Shown: positions 27,833-37,228 of the stretch, piece after piece | How positions within the stretch are numbered: position 1 is the first letter of the stretch | How the letters are laid out: each line of letters begins with the position of its first letter | IMG/VR virus record: IMGVR_UViG_2636415849_000003 | Coordinates: 16,149 to 80,148 of that record | Direction: 5' to 3' (one strand) | Length of the DNA stretch: 64,000 bases | From: a virus | Taxonomy: Duplodnaviria; Caudoviricetes | Notes under the pieces: model-generated | Databases searched by the model: none | Seen by the model: only the letters and a program-made list of their open reading frames with translations | Told to the model about the DNA's origin: nothing | Position numbers and translations under genes: made by a program

Positions 27833-28720
27833 GTGTCCCTAACCACTTTCACTAAATCGGCGTCAAATCCCAGCACGCTGCTTACCAAGCTTGAAGGCCA
27901 AGGCCTTCAAGTTGCGGATCGGTCGACGGCGCTCAACTATCTCCAATATGTTGGTGGTTACCGACTCAAGGGATACTGGCACCACCTCATCGACAAAGCA
28001 ACCAATCAATTCCCACAAGGCTACAACTTTACCGATATAGCTAATCGTTGTGAGTTTGATCGAGAACTACGAGCTGCGACGATTGAAGCCATAGACAGGC
28101 TAGAGGTTGCAATTCGATCCAGCATTGCTAACTATTTGAGTCAGAAGCATGGCCCACATTGGTTCTTAAAGCCATCCGCATTCAAACCCACAAAAGCATG
28201 GGGTCTAGGGCAACTTCTTCAGAAAATTGAGAGTGAAGTAGGCCGCGGAAAGAACAATTTCGTGAAGCACTACTTCAGCAAGCACGATGACCCGTACCTT
28301 CCTCCAAGCTGGTCTATTAGTGAGTGCGTGAGCTTTGGCCTATGGTCCAGAACCTACGAAATCCTGCGCGATACCAATGACAAAAAGGCAATCGCCATGA
28401 AGTTCAACATTGATCAACCCAATGTGTTCGCGTCTTGGATTCACGCGATAACAGTTCTTCGAAATGTTGTAGCACATCACGGCCAACTTCTCGGCAATAC
28501 TCAAAATGTCAGCCCTTGCGAGTACAAGAGACTGGGGATCATTTTCAAGGACAACAAGCAGTTCTTTGCCCTAGCCACTGTTATTCAGTACATGCTCACC
28601 CAGACATCACTGCCCAATCGCTGGAAAGCAGATCTGAAAGCCATATTCGACAAATATCCAACGGTCAACATCTTGGAGGTTGGGTTTCCACAGAAGTGGG
28701 AATCCCAGCCTGGCTGGTGA
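27833..28720 (+). CDS. AbiD/AbiF (Abi_2) family HEPN protein
   Basis: VGGYRLKGY, FDRELR..IDRLEVAIR, PPSWSISECVSFG, RNVVAHH (Rx4H); visibly lower GC; start inferred. Confidence 0.9.
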   Translation: MSLTTFTKSASNPSTLLTKLEGQGLQVADRSTALNYLQYVGGYRLKGYWHHLIDKATNQFPQGYNFTDIANRCEFDRELRAATIEAIDRLEVAIRSSIANYLSQKHGPHWFLKPSAFKPTKAWGLGQLLQKIESEVGRGKNNFVKHYFSKHDDPYLPPSWSISECVSFGLWSRTYEILRDTNDKKAIAMKFNIDQPNVFASWIHAITVLRNVVAHHGQLLGNTQNVSPCEYKRLGIIFKDNKQFFALATVIQYMLTQTSLPNRWKADLKAIFDKYPTVNILEVGFPQKWESQPGW

Positions 28721-28724
28721 AGTC

Positions 28725-28752
28725 AAAAAGGGCTCTTGTAGCCCTTTTTTTT
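28725..28752. terminator. Bidirectional terminator
   Basis: AAAAAGGGCT-cttgt-AGCCCTTTTTTT between convergent genes. Confidence 0.85.
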
Positions 28753-28799
28753 GGAATTCAGCGCAGCAAAAACATCCCGTTGGAAGCACGCTTGTGCAG

Positions 28800-29294
28800 C
28801 TACTGCAGCCCCTCGATAAGCGTCCTGTCGACCTGCACCTGACCTTTCAGGGCGTTGACCTGAGCATCCCGGCGCTCGACCAGTCCGACAAGCTGGCCAA
28901 CCACGCCCGCGCCCTCTGCAGCGAGGGCCGCGAGTCGCTGGTGCTGATCTGCGAGATCTCGGCTGGCAGCGGCGTCACCGGCAAGCTGGGCGTTGCGGGT
29001 TGCAGCGCTCCTGATGTCGTGCTGCAGGCCTGCAATGCGGGCAGCATCAGCAGCGCGCCCAGCCTCCAGGCGGGCCATTTCTTGCGTGTAGTCATGGGTG
29101 TTTTCCTGTTGGGCGGCACCGTGCTCGAGCACGGCAACCGCCTTCTTTTCAGTAGCTGCTTGCGACTGCTGGGCGATCTCTGCAGCCTGCTTTGCCTGAG
29201 CAACCTCAACCTTGCCCAGCCGCTGGGTCTGCACGGCCAGCAGTAGTGCAAGGCCCAGGGCTAGCCAGGGCCAGATGCGGGATGCGCCGGTCAT
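28800..29294 (-). CDS. i-spanin (Rz-like)
   Basis: N-terminal TM helix plus coiled coil; follows the endolysin. Confidence 0.8.
   Translation of the reverse strand: MTGASRIWPWLALGLALLLAVQTQRLGKVEVAQAKQAAEIAQQSQAATEKKAVAVLEHGAAQQENTHDYTQEMARLEAGRAADAARIAGLQHDIRSAATRNAQLAGDAAASRDLADQHQRLAALAAEGAGVVGQLVGLVERRDAQVNALKGQVQVDRTLIEGLQ
28847..29095 (-). CDS. o-spanin (Rz1-like), embedded in Rz
   Basis: MTTRKK..LLMLPALQA-C lipobox, Pro-rich, alternate frame. Confidence 0.7.
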   Translation of the reverse strand: MTTRKKWPAWRLGALLMLPALQACSTTSGALQPATPSLPVTPLPAEISQISTSDSRPSLQRARAWLASLSDWSSAGMLRSTP

Positions 29295-29761
29295 GCCAGC
29301 CCTGCCTCACAAAGCTGTCGCTCAGCCGCGCGGCGCTTGACCAGGCCGGGCAGCTCCTTGCCTCTGGCATAGATCCAGCGGCTCAGCTCGGCACAAGCGC
29401 CGTCGTAGTCGCCCGAATTGGCCTTGCGCACCAGAGTGCTGCGGCAAAAAGCGTCATCCCCCACATTGAACGCAAAGCTTAAAAATGCCGCCCGCTGGCC
29501 GTCCGTCAGCGGCGCGCGAACGCAGCTCAGGGCGTCGGCATGCTTGGCCAAGTCCTTGTAGAGCATTTCCTCGCACTGCTGGCGGGTATAGGCCTGACCC
29601 ATCTTGAGCTCCGGGCCGGTGTGACCCGTGCAGGCCGTGATGATGCCCACCGGGTCGCGGTAACTGCGCAGCACAGTGCCCTCGTACTTCTGCACCAAGG
29701 GCACAACCAGGACGACGGCCGCGCCGCCGATGGTTGCAATGAGTTTTTCTTTCCAGTTCAT
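29291..29761 (-). CDS. SAR endolysin (GH24 lysozyme)
   Basis: Gly/Ala/Val-rich N-terminal anchor; YEG..YRDPVGIITACTGHT; GLVKRRAAE. Confidence 0.92.
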   Translation of the reverse strand: MNWKEKLIATIGGAAVVLVVPLVQKYEGTVLRSYRDPVGIITACTGHTGPELKMGQAYTRQQCEEMLYKDLAKHADALSCVRAPLTDGQRAAFLSFAFNVGDDAFCRSTLVRKANSGDYDGACAELSRWIYARGKELPGLVKRRAAERQLCEAGLA

Positions 29762-30075
29762 CGGCTTATCACTCCTTTGATTGCGGCCCAGAAGCTCACG
29801 CACGCACCACCCAGCATGACGATGGCAGCCAGTGGCTTGGCGACCTTAGCCACCCAGTTCAGCACCTTGAAAGCGCCCTTCATGGCAGTAAAGAACTCCA
29901 GCATTTCCGCCAGCTGCTGCTTGAGCTCCTGCAGCTCCTGGCGCTCCTCTTGCAGCCCTTGGGCTACTGTCTTCAAATCGCGCTCGATGGCGGCCATGCG
30001 CTCACTCCCCTTGTCAAAGCGTTCATTCATCTGCCGGCGTGTAGTCGCTGGCAGCTCGTTGCCGTAATCGTCCAT
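29758..30075 (-). CDS. Putative holin/antiholin
   Basis: Coiled coil plus C-terminal TM; directly upstream of the endolysin. Confidence 0.55.
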   Translation of the reverse strand: MDDYGNELPATTRRQMNERFDKGSERMAAIERDLKTVAQGLQEERQELQELKQQLAEMLEFFTAMKGAFKVLNWVAKVAKPLAAIVMLGGACVSFWAAIKGVISR

Positions 30076-30156
30076 AGCCCTCCCAGGCAGTAAAAATGCT
30101 TTCCGCGCCGCAGTGCTACCAAGCAATACGGGCAATTAACCAGATGCTTTGGCTAT

Positions 30157-31860
30157 CTATGGCCCAACTGAATAAAACGCTGCCGTGTTAGACAAGTTCA
30201 AACTCTCAGCAGCAATCCATGCATCACTCAGAACACCAGGGCGCAGGTACACAAAGCCAATGGTTCCTCTGAAAATTTCTGTGGTGTTCCCGCCCTCTCC
30301 TACGCCTACATAGAGAGCGACATCCACAAGGCTTGCCGGTGGGCGCTGCGATACGCTGCTGGTCGTTGCTTTCTTTACGCCATCGAGGAAGACGGATCTC
30401 GATGCGGTGCCGTTATGAGTGGCATGGCATCTGTACTTGGTCGGCAACGCCATCGCACCAGCCCCTGAGGTCCAGCCATCTACCTGATTCCAAAGGCCCA
30501 GCTCACCGGAGCTGCGGCGGGCAATTACTTCCCGGCTGGCGTTATCGGCGCTGTTCTTTTTGGTATAGCTGACCATGGCCGCGCTGTAGCCAGGATCAAC
30601 AACGGTGATCGCTGAACACGCCATGGTCCAAGCAGTGTTCTTTGGCACCCCTTCTGCCCCCCACCATCCTGAAGTGGTGTAGCGATAGCCGACATTCGAT
30701 ACGCTCTGAATATTCCCGGATGTCAGCGTCCCGATGGTGTTGGTCGTGGCCGCCAAAACACCATCCCCATGTCTTTCTATTCCTGTCAAATCAGCCGATT
30801 CAGGTGCGACAAAAACGGTTCCCTTGATCGCCCCAGTTTTGGTGACTCGGTAGATCTCTCTTCGCAGCGCGACCAAAAACCCACCATTCCAGCAACCTAT
30901 CGCTGTTGCGAATGCGGCAACGGTGATAGTTCCAGTGACAGGGATTGTTGAAACAAATTTGAGCAACGACAGGTCAAATTTCCAGATGTACGAGAACTCA
31001 CCAGTCGTAAAAACTGCATAGACAAAGCCGTCATATGGGTCATATGTGAGTCCGCCATCCAGGCTCGACGGGACTGTGACGCCAGAGTCAAAAGCCAGCG
31101 GAAAGTAGCCCGTTCTGGCAAGGCTTGTCTTGTCGTAGACCGCCATAACCGCATTCGGGATGCCGACGGTATTGGTGAGAATGACGTAGAGGCTGTTGCC
31201 AACAATGCATGCACCCGTCGTGCCGGTGTAACCAGCGATACCGGATCCAGGTGACGGGTTCTCCGCAGACTTCACAAATGTTGTCGCGTCGTATCGAGCG
31301 ATCACCGAACTGGAGACGGTGATGATGTCCTTTCCATCAGGAATAATCTTCGATGCAGAAAACGGAGTAGTGACATACCCAGAGCGCTCCATGGATCGCG
31401 GCTTGTCGCCCACAATGAGGTCGCTGCCAACTCCGGTGTGATCCTCATAATCCCCACCAAACATATAGACGCGATCGAAGCCGGCCCAGGTAGCATTTCT
31501 GCCATTGGGTGCGGTTTTCAACACGCGCTTGTCGCTTGGGTTGCCCCAGTGCACATACAAAGTGGTCTGCACGCCAGCGGCCAAGTCCACCCTGGCAAAC
31601 AGGAAGCCCGTTTTACTGACCGGGTTGAATGCCACAAGGTCAAACGGGAGATCTAGGCCCGCGCCGTTCTTGACACGAACATCGTGTCCATCGACCTTAT
31701 TGCTTATGCCGTCCCAGAATCTGGCCGGCAAGTCTTGCAAAGCGATATACAGCGGATACCCCGGCATGTTCTCGACCTGGGCGTTGACAGTGATTTGCAC
31801 GCGGTTACCGCCTCCGCTGCCGCCTTTCATACGTGCGCTTGCTGTAATTCCAGGGATCAT
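30157..31860 (-). CDS. Putative receptor-binding protein (DUF2341-like N-terminus, beta-rich middle, lectin-like C-terminus)
   Basis: DGHDVRV..LPFDL..TTLYVHWGNP; LSDAWIAAE; last tail gene; lower GC. Confidence 0.6.
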   Translation of the reverse strand: MIPGITASARMKGGSGGGNRVQITVNAQVENMPGYPLYIALQDLPARFWDGISNKVDGHDVRVKNGAGLDLPFDLVAFNPVSKTGFLFARVDLAAGVQTTLYVHWGNPSDKRVLKTAPNGRNATWAGFDRVYMFGGDYEDHTGVGSDLIVGDKPRSMERSGYVTTPFSASKIIPDGKDIITVSSSVIARYDATTFVKSAENPSPGSGIAGYTGTTGACIVGNSLYVILTNTVGIPNAVMAVYDKTSLARTGYFPLAFDSGVTVPSSLDGGLTYDPYDGFVYAVFTTGEFSYIWKFDLSLLKFVSTIPVTGTITVAAFATAIGCWNGGFLVALRREIYRVTKTGAIKGTVFVAPESADLTGIERHGDGVLAATTNTIGTLTSGNIQSVSNVGYRYTTSGWWGAEGVPKNTAWTMACSAITVVDPGYSAAMVSYTKKNSADNASREVIARRSSGELGLWNQVDGWTSGAGAMALPTKYRCHATHNGTASRSVFLDGVKKATTSSVSQRPPASLVDVALYVGVGEGGNTTEIFRGTIGFVYLRPGVLSDAWIAAESLNLSNTAAFYSVGP

Positions 31861-32564
31861 GCTGCAGCCTCCGTGCTGCCGAACACATCGGCGCTGGCAG
31901 TGCTCACAAACTTCACCGTGACGGTGTCGCCCGGCGCCAAGACGAGCGTGCCGCCCTTGGGCGGGCTGAGCGTGATGCCCGTGGCCGACAGCGTCACATT
32001 GCCGCTGGCCGAGCGGTTGGCGATGTGCACCTCCTGGCCCGTGGTGAAGCCGGCGGCGACATCAAACGTGCAGGCCTTGGCGCCAGAGGCCGTAAAGCGC
32101 AGATAACTGCCCACATCGGCCAAGGCCACCGCACGACTGGCATTGGCATCGGGCACCACTGGCGCAGCACCGCCACCAGACGAGCCACCGGTGTTGCTGA
32201 TGCCGTGCACACCGCCCAGGCCGGCGCGGTGGTCCTCGATGGCCGTCACCGTGGCCGGGCCGGTCGTGAGCTTGTACACACGGGCATGAGCGTCTGTATT
32301 GGTCCATGACGCATTGCTGCTGCTTGCGCTGATGGCACCCGTGGCGCGGTTGACGGTGACATAGAGCGTACTGCTGGCCGCCAGGGACAGCGTGCCCGCT
32401 GCGACCGCAAAGCCGCCCCAGCGCCCGCCCAGGTAGCCCCAGATCAGGGCCGTGGTGGCGGCGGCGTCCTTGGCGTAAACCGCCATATGCTCCAGGGCAG
32501 TGAAGTTCTCATTGACAGGAACTTCCGGCGAATCCTGTGCCGGGAGCCATTGCTGCAGACTCAT
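31857..32564 (-). CDS. Tail fibre/adapter protein
   Basis: MSLQQW..EVPVNENFTALE; position after the central tail protein. Confidence 0.65.
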   Translation of the reverse strand: MSLQQWLPAQDSPEVPVNENFTALEHMAVYAKDAAATTALIWGYLGGRWGGFAVAAGTLSLAASSTLYVTVNRATGAISASSSNASWTNTDAHARVYKLTTGPATVTAIEDHRAGLGGVHGISNTGGSSGGGAAPVVPDANASRAVALADVGSYLRFTASGAKACTFDVAAGFTTGQEVHIANRSASGNVTLSATGITLSPPKGGTLVLAPGDTVTVKFVSTASADVFGSTEAAA

Positions 32565-35317
32565 GTGCAGACCCTTTCTATGGTTGATGCGTAGCCGGCG
32601 CCTGCAGTGGCCGACATCTGCGCCACGACAAAGCGCAGCAACTCGCCGCCCGCCAGCCCATCGGCGGCGCGCATGGCCGGCGTGTAGATAAATGCGGTCG
32701 TGGTGACAGTGGCCGTTCGCAACAGCGTTGCGCCGCTTTTGACCTGCACCCGATAGCTTTCTGTGTCTTCGCCCAAGGGCACCACCGGCGCAATGCCGCC
32801 GTAGCGGTACGCCAGCCGGGTGCGACGCTGCCAGCTCAGGTGCACGCCCAGCGCGTCCACCAGGCCGCGCAGGCCTGCCGGGCTGAAGGGCTTGAGCGCC
32901 ACGCTGGTGTCGGTGAAGGTGCGAGGCTCCACGCTGCTGAGCAGCTTGCCGCTGGTCAGCACCTTGAGCTGCACGGGGATGTTGACCTCGTTGGGCTGGG
33001 TAGCCTGGCGGCGCAGGCGCCGGTCGAGCAGCACGCAGCGCTCTTGAGCCACATGCCCGGCCATGGCCCACTCAGTCCCGCGCTGGCCGCGCAGCAGACT
33101 GCTCAGGCGGTAGGTGTAGACATTGGCCGGTACATCGGAATCCAGCAGCTCGGCATGACGAAACCGCACGACCTCGGCACCCACCAGCAACGCATTGACC
33201 GTGTCATCGAGGAGCATGGCCTCTCGGGTGCTGCTGGCCAGCTGGCCCCAGACACGCACGGTCAGCGTGCTGGCTTCATCAAACACAGCCCCGCCCACCC
33301 AGGCCGATAGCACCGTGGTGCAGTGGCCCAGGACGGCAGCGTCCAGCAGAGTCTGCAGGTGCATATAGTCCACGCCATCCCAAGATGCTGTCGCCACCGC
33401 GCCGCGCCACTGGTCGGTGGCGTGGTCAATGCTCTCGGGCGCTGCGGCCAGGTAAAAGCCTGAGGCATTGTCTGCATCGCGCAGAATGGGAATGTCCATG
33501 GCCTCCCAGACCGTGTCCGGCACGCGGGTCGGCTCGGTGACGCTGACATAACCTTCGTCCGTGATGGCAGCACTCTCAAGCGCCCCTACGTCATCGAGCA
33601 CGCATTCCAGCTCCAGAAACATCTGCTGGTCCTTGCGCGTGGTGATACGCAGGCGCAGCACCCGGCCATCCAGGGCCACGGCTTCGATCACATCACCGGG
33701 CTCCAGGAAGGCATAGCGCAGCGGCACGGCCAGCGTGGTGCTGTGCATGCTGGCCGCCATATCGAACAACAGCGCATCGACCACCGCCTTGGCTTCGGCC
33801 GGCAGCATGCCCAAGGGCACCTGCAGAGTCTCCGTGCTGGCCTGCCCGGTCACCAGGCGGTCCGAGAACTGCGTATCGGCGTTGTAGTCGGCCGCCATAT
33901 TGGAGTAGGTCAGTGCGAGCTGGGCAGGCTGCTCCAGATCGTTGCCAATCTTGAGCGCCAGCGGCTCCTCGGCGCCGCCGGAATCATTGCCAAAGCCCAG
34001 ATCTGCGAACGGGATGCGCACCACGGGCGCCACCGCACGCGGGCGCAGGGCCAGCTTGTCGGCCGCCGAGCACTCGAAGAACCAGCCCTTTTGCAGCACT
34101 TCGAGGGCGCTGCGGGTGTTGGCGGTCTGGGACAGCGTCAGAGCACGCAGTGGCTTCTCCAGATCCCGCAGCGGCACCGCATCAAAGTCGGCAGCCGCAT
34201 AGCCGGCCCGGAACAGCAGGCTGCTCGACACGCCCTCCAGATCTCGGCTGATGACATCGCTGCCGCCAGGAATATCCAGATAGCGGTTGAACGGCGTGAT
34301 GTAGTCCTCATCATCGTTCTCGACCACCACCACGCTGATGTTGCGCTCCTGCAGGCGCTGCATGAAGTAGTCATAGGACGCCTGGACCGTGCCAGTGGTC
34401 ATCGATCCTGAGTTATCGACGAACAAGGCAATGGAGCTGTTCATCGGCAGCTCATCCAGACCGCATAGGCCATACCAGTCCGAGCGCAAAGCGACATTGC
34501 CCTCATCACGGGCCACAGGGATCGGGCCGATGAAGTTTGGGCCCGGGTCCTGAGGCGTATAGAGCGGCAGCGTCGGGTGTGTCGGTCGCAGCACAAACAT
34601 ACGGCGCTTGGAGAAGCGCTCGCTGAAGTCCGCCCACTTGGCATTGACTCCCGCCTGCGAATCCTGAGCATCGTTCTCATCGATGACGGCAATGCAGGTG
34701 ATATTGCTGCTGGTGGTCGAGGTGCCAATCTCAAACGTCAGGTTTGGGATGTTCCCACTGCCGCCTAGGTCCAGGTTCTCGATCACCACATAGCCATGAC
34801 CCCGGTACGCGGGCGCATTGCCCACGCCGACGGCGGCTTCATAGAGCGGGTCGGGCATCTGCTCGGCCGTGCCGGTATAGACACGCATCTCACGCCAGAA
34901 GCCGTCCTTGGTAGACCCTTGGCCGTAAACCAGTTCACTGTTGGCCCACACCCGGCCCACGCCCGCAATGGGGTTCTCGGACAGCAGGATCATCAGATCG
35001 CAGGTGTAGGTATAGCTGGTGCTCTCGGATCCGCCGCCCTTTCCCTGACTCTCGGTGTGCTTGTGCTCACGGCGCTCACTGGCCCAGATGATCTGACCAG
35101 CAATGCGGGGGGAGCCCTGCACCCAGGGCAGCGGCTCACCGTAGTCAGTGCCGGTGATCTTGAGATCATTGAGGCGCGGGCCTTCCTGCTTTTGCGTCTC
35201 GGCGAAGGCATAAGCGCCCAGCAGCGAGCCAGCTATCCAGCCCACCTTGGCGCCGGCTGGACCTCCCACCATGAAGCCAACACCAGCACCGACCGCTGAA
35301 ACAACGAGCTGCGCCAT
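32561..35317 (-). CDS. Central tail tip/host-specificity protein
   Basis: EGPRLNDLK..YGEPLP, PAYRG..YVV..IPNLTFE, LLRGQRGTE, LSWQRRTR. Confidence 0.85.
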   Translation of the reverse strand: MAQLVVSAVGAGVGFMVGGPAGAKVGWIAGSLLGAYAFAETQKQEGPRLNDLKITGTDYGEPLPWVQGSPRIAGQIIWASERREHKHTESQGKGGGSESTSYTYTCDLMILLSENPIAGVGRVWANSELVYGQGSTKDGFWREMRVYTGTAEQMPDPLYEAAVGVGNAPAYRGHGYVVIENLDLGGSGNIPNLTFEIGTSTTSSNITCIAVIDENDAQDSQAGVNAKWADFSERFSKRRMFVLRPTHPTLPLYTPQDPGPNFIGPIPVARDEGNVALRSDWYGLCGLDELPMNSSIALFVDNSGSMTTGTVQASYDYFMQRLQERNISVVVVENDDEDYITPFNRYLDIPGGSDVISRDLEGVSSSLLFRAGYAAADFDAVPLRDLEKPLRALTLSQTANTRSALEVLQKGWFFECSAADKLALRPRAVAPVVRIPFADLGFGNDSGGAEEPLALKIGNDLEQPAQLALTYSNMAADYNADTQFSDRLVTGQASTETLQVPLGMLPAEAKAVVDALLFDMAASMHSTTLAVPLRYAFLEPGDVIEAVALDGRVLRLRITTRKDQQMFLELECVLDDVGALESAAITDEGYVSVTEPTRVPDTVWEAMDIPILRDADNASGFYLAAAPESIDHATDQWRGAVATASWDGVDYMHLQTLLDAAVLGHCTTVLSAWVGGAVFDEASTLTVRVWGQLASSTREAMLLDDTVNALLVGAEVVRFRHAELLDSDVPANVYTYRLSSLLRGQRGTEWAMAGHVAQERCVLLDRRLRRQATQPNEVNIPVQLKVLTSGKLLSSVEPRTFTDTSVALKPFSPAGLRGLVDALGVHLSWQRRTRLAYRYGGIAPVVPLGEDTESYRVQVKSGATLLRTATVTTTAFIYTPAMRAADGLAGGELLRFVVAQMSATAGAGYASTIERVCT

Positions 35318-35319
35318 GG

Positions 35320-35742
35320 CTACACCCCTCGGAAACGGAAAGCAGCCACAAAGCGCATGGCGGCAGAGAACAGAAGCCGCGTCTCGATCACCCGGCCCGC
35401 CGAGCTGCTGGCATGGATGATGGACAGCCCGCCATGCGCGTAGTCGCCCAGCACGCCGATGTGCTGCGGGTAGCCGTCAAAGGCCACGCAGATCACATCG
35501 CCTGGCGCCATCTCATCGCGGCCCACCTCATCCAGCTGCTCATAGAGGTGCTTCATCAGCGAAAAGCCGTCCGGCACCCGGCTGTAGCCGCGAACGTCAT
35601 AGCCATGCTGCAAGACCCCGGCGGCGCGGCCCACTGAAACCACGAGCCCCACGCAATCCAGGCCCACGCCAGGGCGCCTTGCCTGGTGGTGATAAGGGGT
35701 CTGCAGGCAAGATCTGGCGATCTCCACAATCAGTTTCTTCAT
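35320..35742 (-). CDS. NlpC/P60 tail peptidase
   Basis: TPYHHQAR..GLDCVGLV..HIGV..IIHA. Confidence 0.88.
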   Translation of the reverse strand: MKKLIVEIARSCLQTPYHHQARRPGVGLDCVGLVVSVGRAAGVLQHGYDVRGYSRVPDGFSLMKHLYEQLDEVGRDEMAPGDVICVAFDGYPQHIGVLGDYAHGGLSIIHASSSAGRVIETRLLFSAAMRFVAAFRFRGV

Positions 35743-36623
35743 ACAGGCCTCGTGATGACATCAGGACTGGGCCGGTGCGGCTCCCCCTGAAAATTGATGG
35801 CGTTGCCGAACTTGGCGCTGCAGTCTTCGTTCAGGCGCTTGCGGCAGCCGGCCACAGCCGTGAGCTGGTCGCCCACGGCAATGGGCAGCACCATGGGCAG
35901 CACCAGCGTGACCACGCCGGCGGCACTCTGGCTGCGTACCTTCTGAGTCAGGCCGGCATTGGCGCCGGTCTTCCAGGTCAGTAGCCCCTCGCCCAGGTAG
36001 TCGTCGGGCAGGCCACCGCTCACGGTGAACGTGCGCTTGTCGGTGACGGCAGTCACCGTCACGGCGTGGGTCAGGTCGACCAGGCTGCGATTGCACTGGG
36101 CCAAGCCCGTGGCGCCCAGGCGGCTGCGGCAAGTCTTTTGCGAGACCATGCCCAGGGACTGCTGCAACTTCTGCTTGAGGCCGCGCAGCTCCACAGTCAG
36201 CGTGGCCGAGCCCAGCGTGATCTCGCCCAGCCATCCGCGCATCAGCGGCTCCACATCGTTGGTGATGGTGGGAGCGGCCACATCCCAGCGGTAACGGAAC
36301 AAGCGGAACTCGGCGTTCTGCCACAGGCCTGCAGCCACCTCTTCGCGCACGAACAGACTGCCATCGTCCAGCGTGGTCAGCTCCAGGTTGTCCACGGCAA
36401 AGCCAGAGGTCGCGGTGATGCCGCTGGCACTCAGGCCCTGTTTGCAGTCAAACACCAGAGCGGCGTTGTCTGTGCCCCAGGCCCTGACGTCCAGCACCAG
36501 GGGCTGGTCGTGGCTGGTGAAGGCGAACACCTTGCCGTCCGTGCGCTTGATCAGAATGGCGCTGGCCAGGCAGGTGCTGCCGCTGTCGTAGTGGGCCTGC
36601 AGGGCTACCGGGATCTGCTTCAT
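35739..36623 (-). CDS. Baseplate hub protein (DUF2163/BR0599)
   Basis: FAFTSHDQPL; GCRKRL..C..KFGNAINFQGEP. Confidence 0.88.
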   Translation of the reverse strand: MKQIPVALQAHYDSGSTCLASAILIKRTDGKVFAFTSHDQPLVLDVRAWGTDNAALVFDCKQGLSASGITATSGFAVDNLELTTLDDGSLFVREEVAAGLWQNAEFRLFRYRWDVAAPTITNDVEPLMRGWLGEITLGSATLTVELRGLKQKLQQSLGMVSQKTCRSRLGATGLAQCNRSLVDLTHAVTVTAVTDKRTFTVSGGLPDDYLGEGLLTWKTGANAGLTQKVRSQSAAGVVTLVLPMVLPIAVGDQLTAVAGCRKRLNEDCSAKFGNAINFQGEPHRPSPDVITRPV

Positions 36624-37225
36624 AGGCGAATCTCCTCCAGCTCGATGCCGGACCACTCCGTCCACATCTCCGGGCCGCCCAGGAATTTCCAGACAGCCGC
36701 CGGGTCCTTGAATGCCACAGGGACATGGAATTCACCCTGCCAGGCATAGGCATCGCCAGCCACATGCCCATCGATGGTGGCCCGCCCGGTCGACAGATCC
36801 ACCACTGCCACAGCCTGCGACCACACGCCAGCGCGGTTGCGCCAGACGCTTACGCCGGCAACAGGCTTGAAGATGGGACGCACAAAGGTGCGCGACCCAT
36901 AGGTATAGAGGCGATTGAGCTGATAGACGTTGCCCGCAATCAGCGTGCAGTTGGTTCGGCCAAGATCGGCCTCATGGTCAGCCGGGTCCTGAAAACGGAA
37001 GGCATCGGCATCGCCCCCCACCACATAGAAGAAAGAGCGCAGCTGCTCAAACTCCTCGCCCTCGCGGGTTGGCTGGGCAATCGTCCACTCGTGCAGCGGG
37101 TACTTGGCCTCGCGGTTGGTGATGCGCTGGCCGGCTGACGAATAGGCCTTGCTGTTGAGAAAGCGCGGACCGCCTTGCGCATCACGGCTGATGCCTTCGG
37201 GAAAGAGCTCGTCGAAGAATGCCAT
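36620..37225 (-). CDS. Distal tail protein (DUF2460)
   Basis: FPEGIS..GGPRF; FRFQDPAD; GEFHVPVAF. Confidence 0.88.
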   Translation of the reverse strand: MAFFDELFPEGISRDAQGGPRFLNSKAYSSAGQRITNREAKYPLHEWTIAQPTREGEEFEQLRSFFYVVGGDADAFRFQDPADHEADLGRTNCTLIAGNVYQLNRLYTYGSRTFVRPIFKPVAGVSVWRNRAGVWSQAVAVVDLSTGRATIDGHVAGDAYAWQGEFHVPVAFKDPAAVWKFLGGPEMWTEWSGIELEEIRL

Positions 37226-37228
37226 GGC

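Noticed and set aside
30157-35317. Remote DGR target in prophage 2 tail genes
   Set aside because: No copy of the TR-like sequence was noticed by eye; a BLAST of TR against the genome would settle it.
35320-37225. Gene transfer agent cluster
   Set aside because: The GTA-like tail-tip genes belong to a phage that has its own integrase, repressor, replication and lysis genes.
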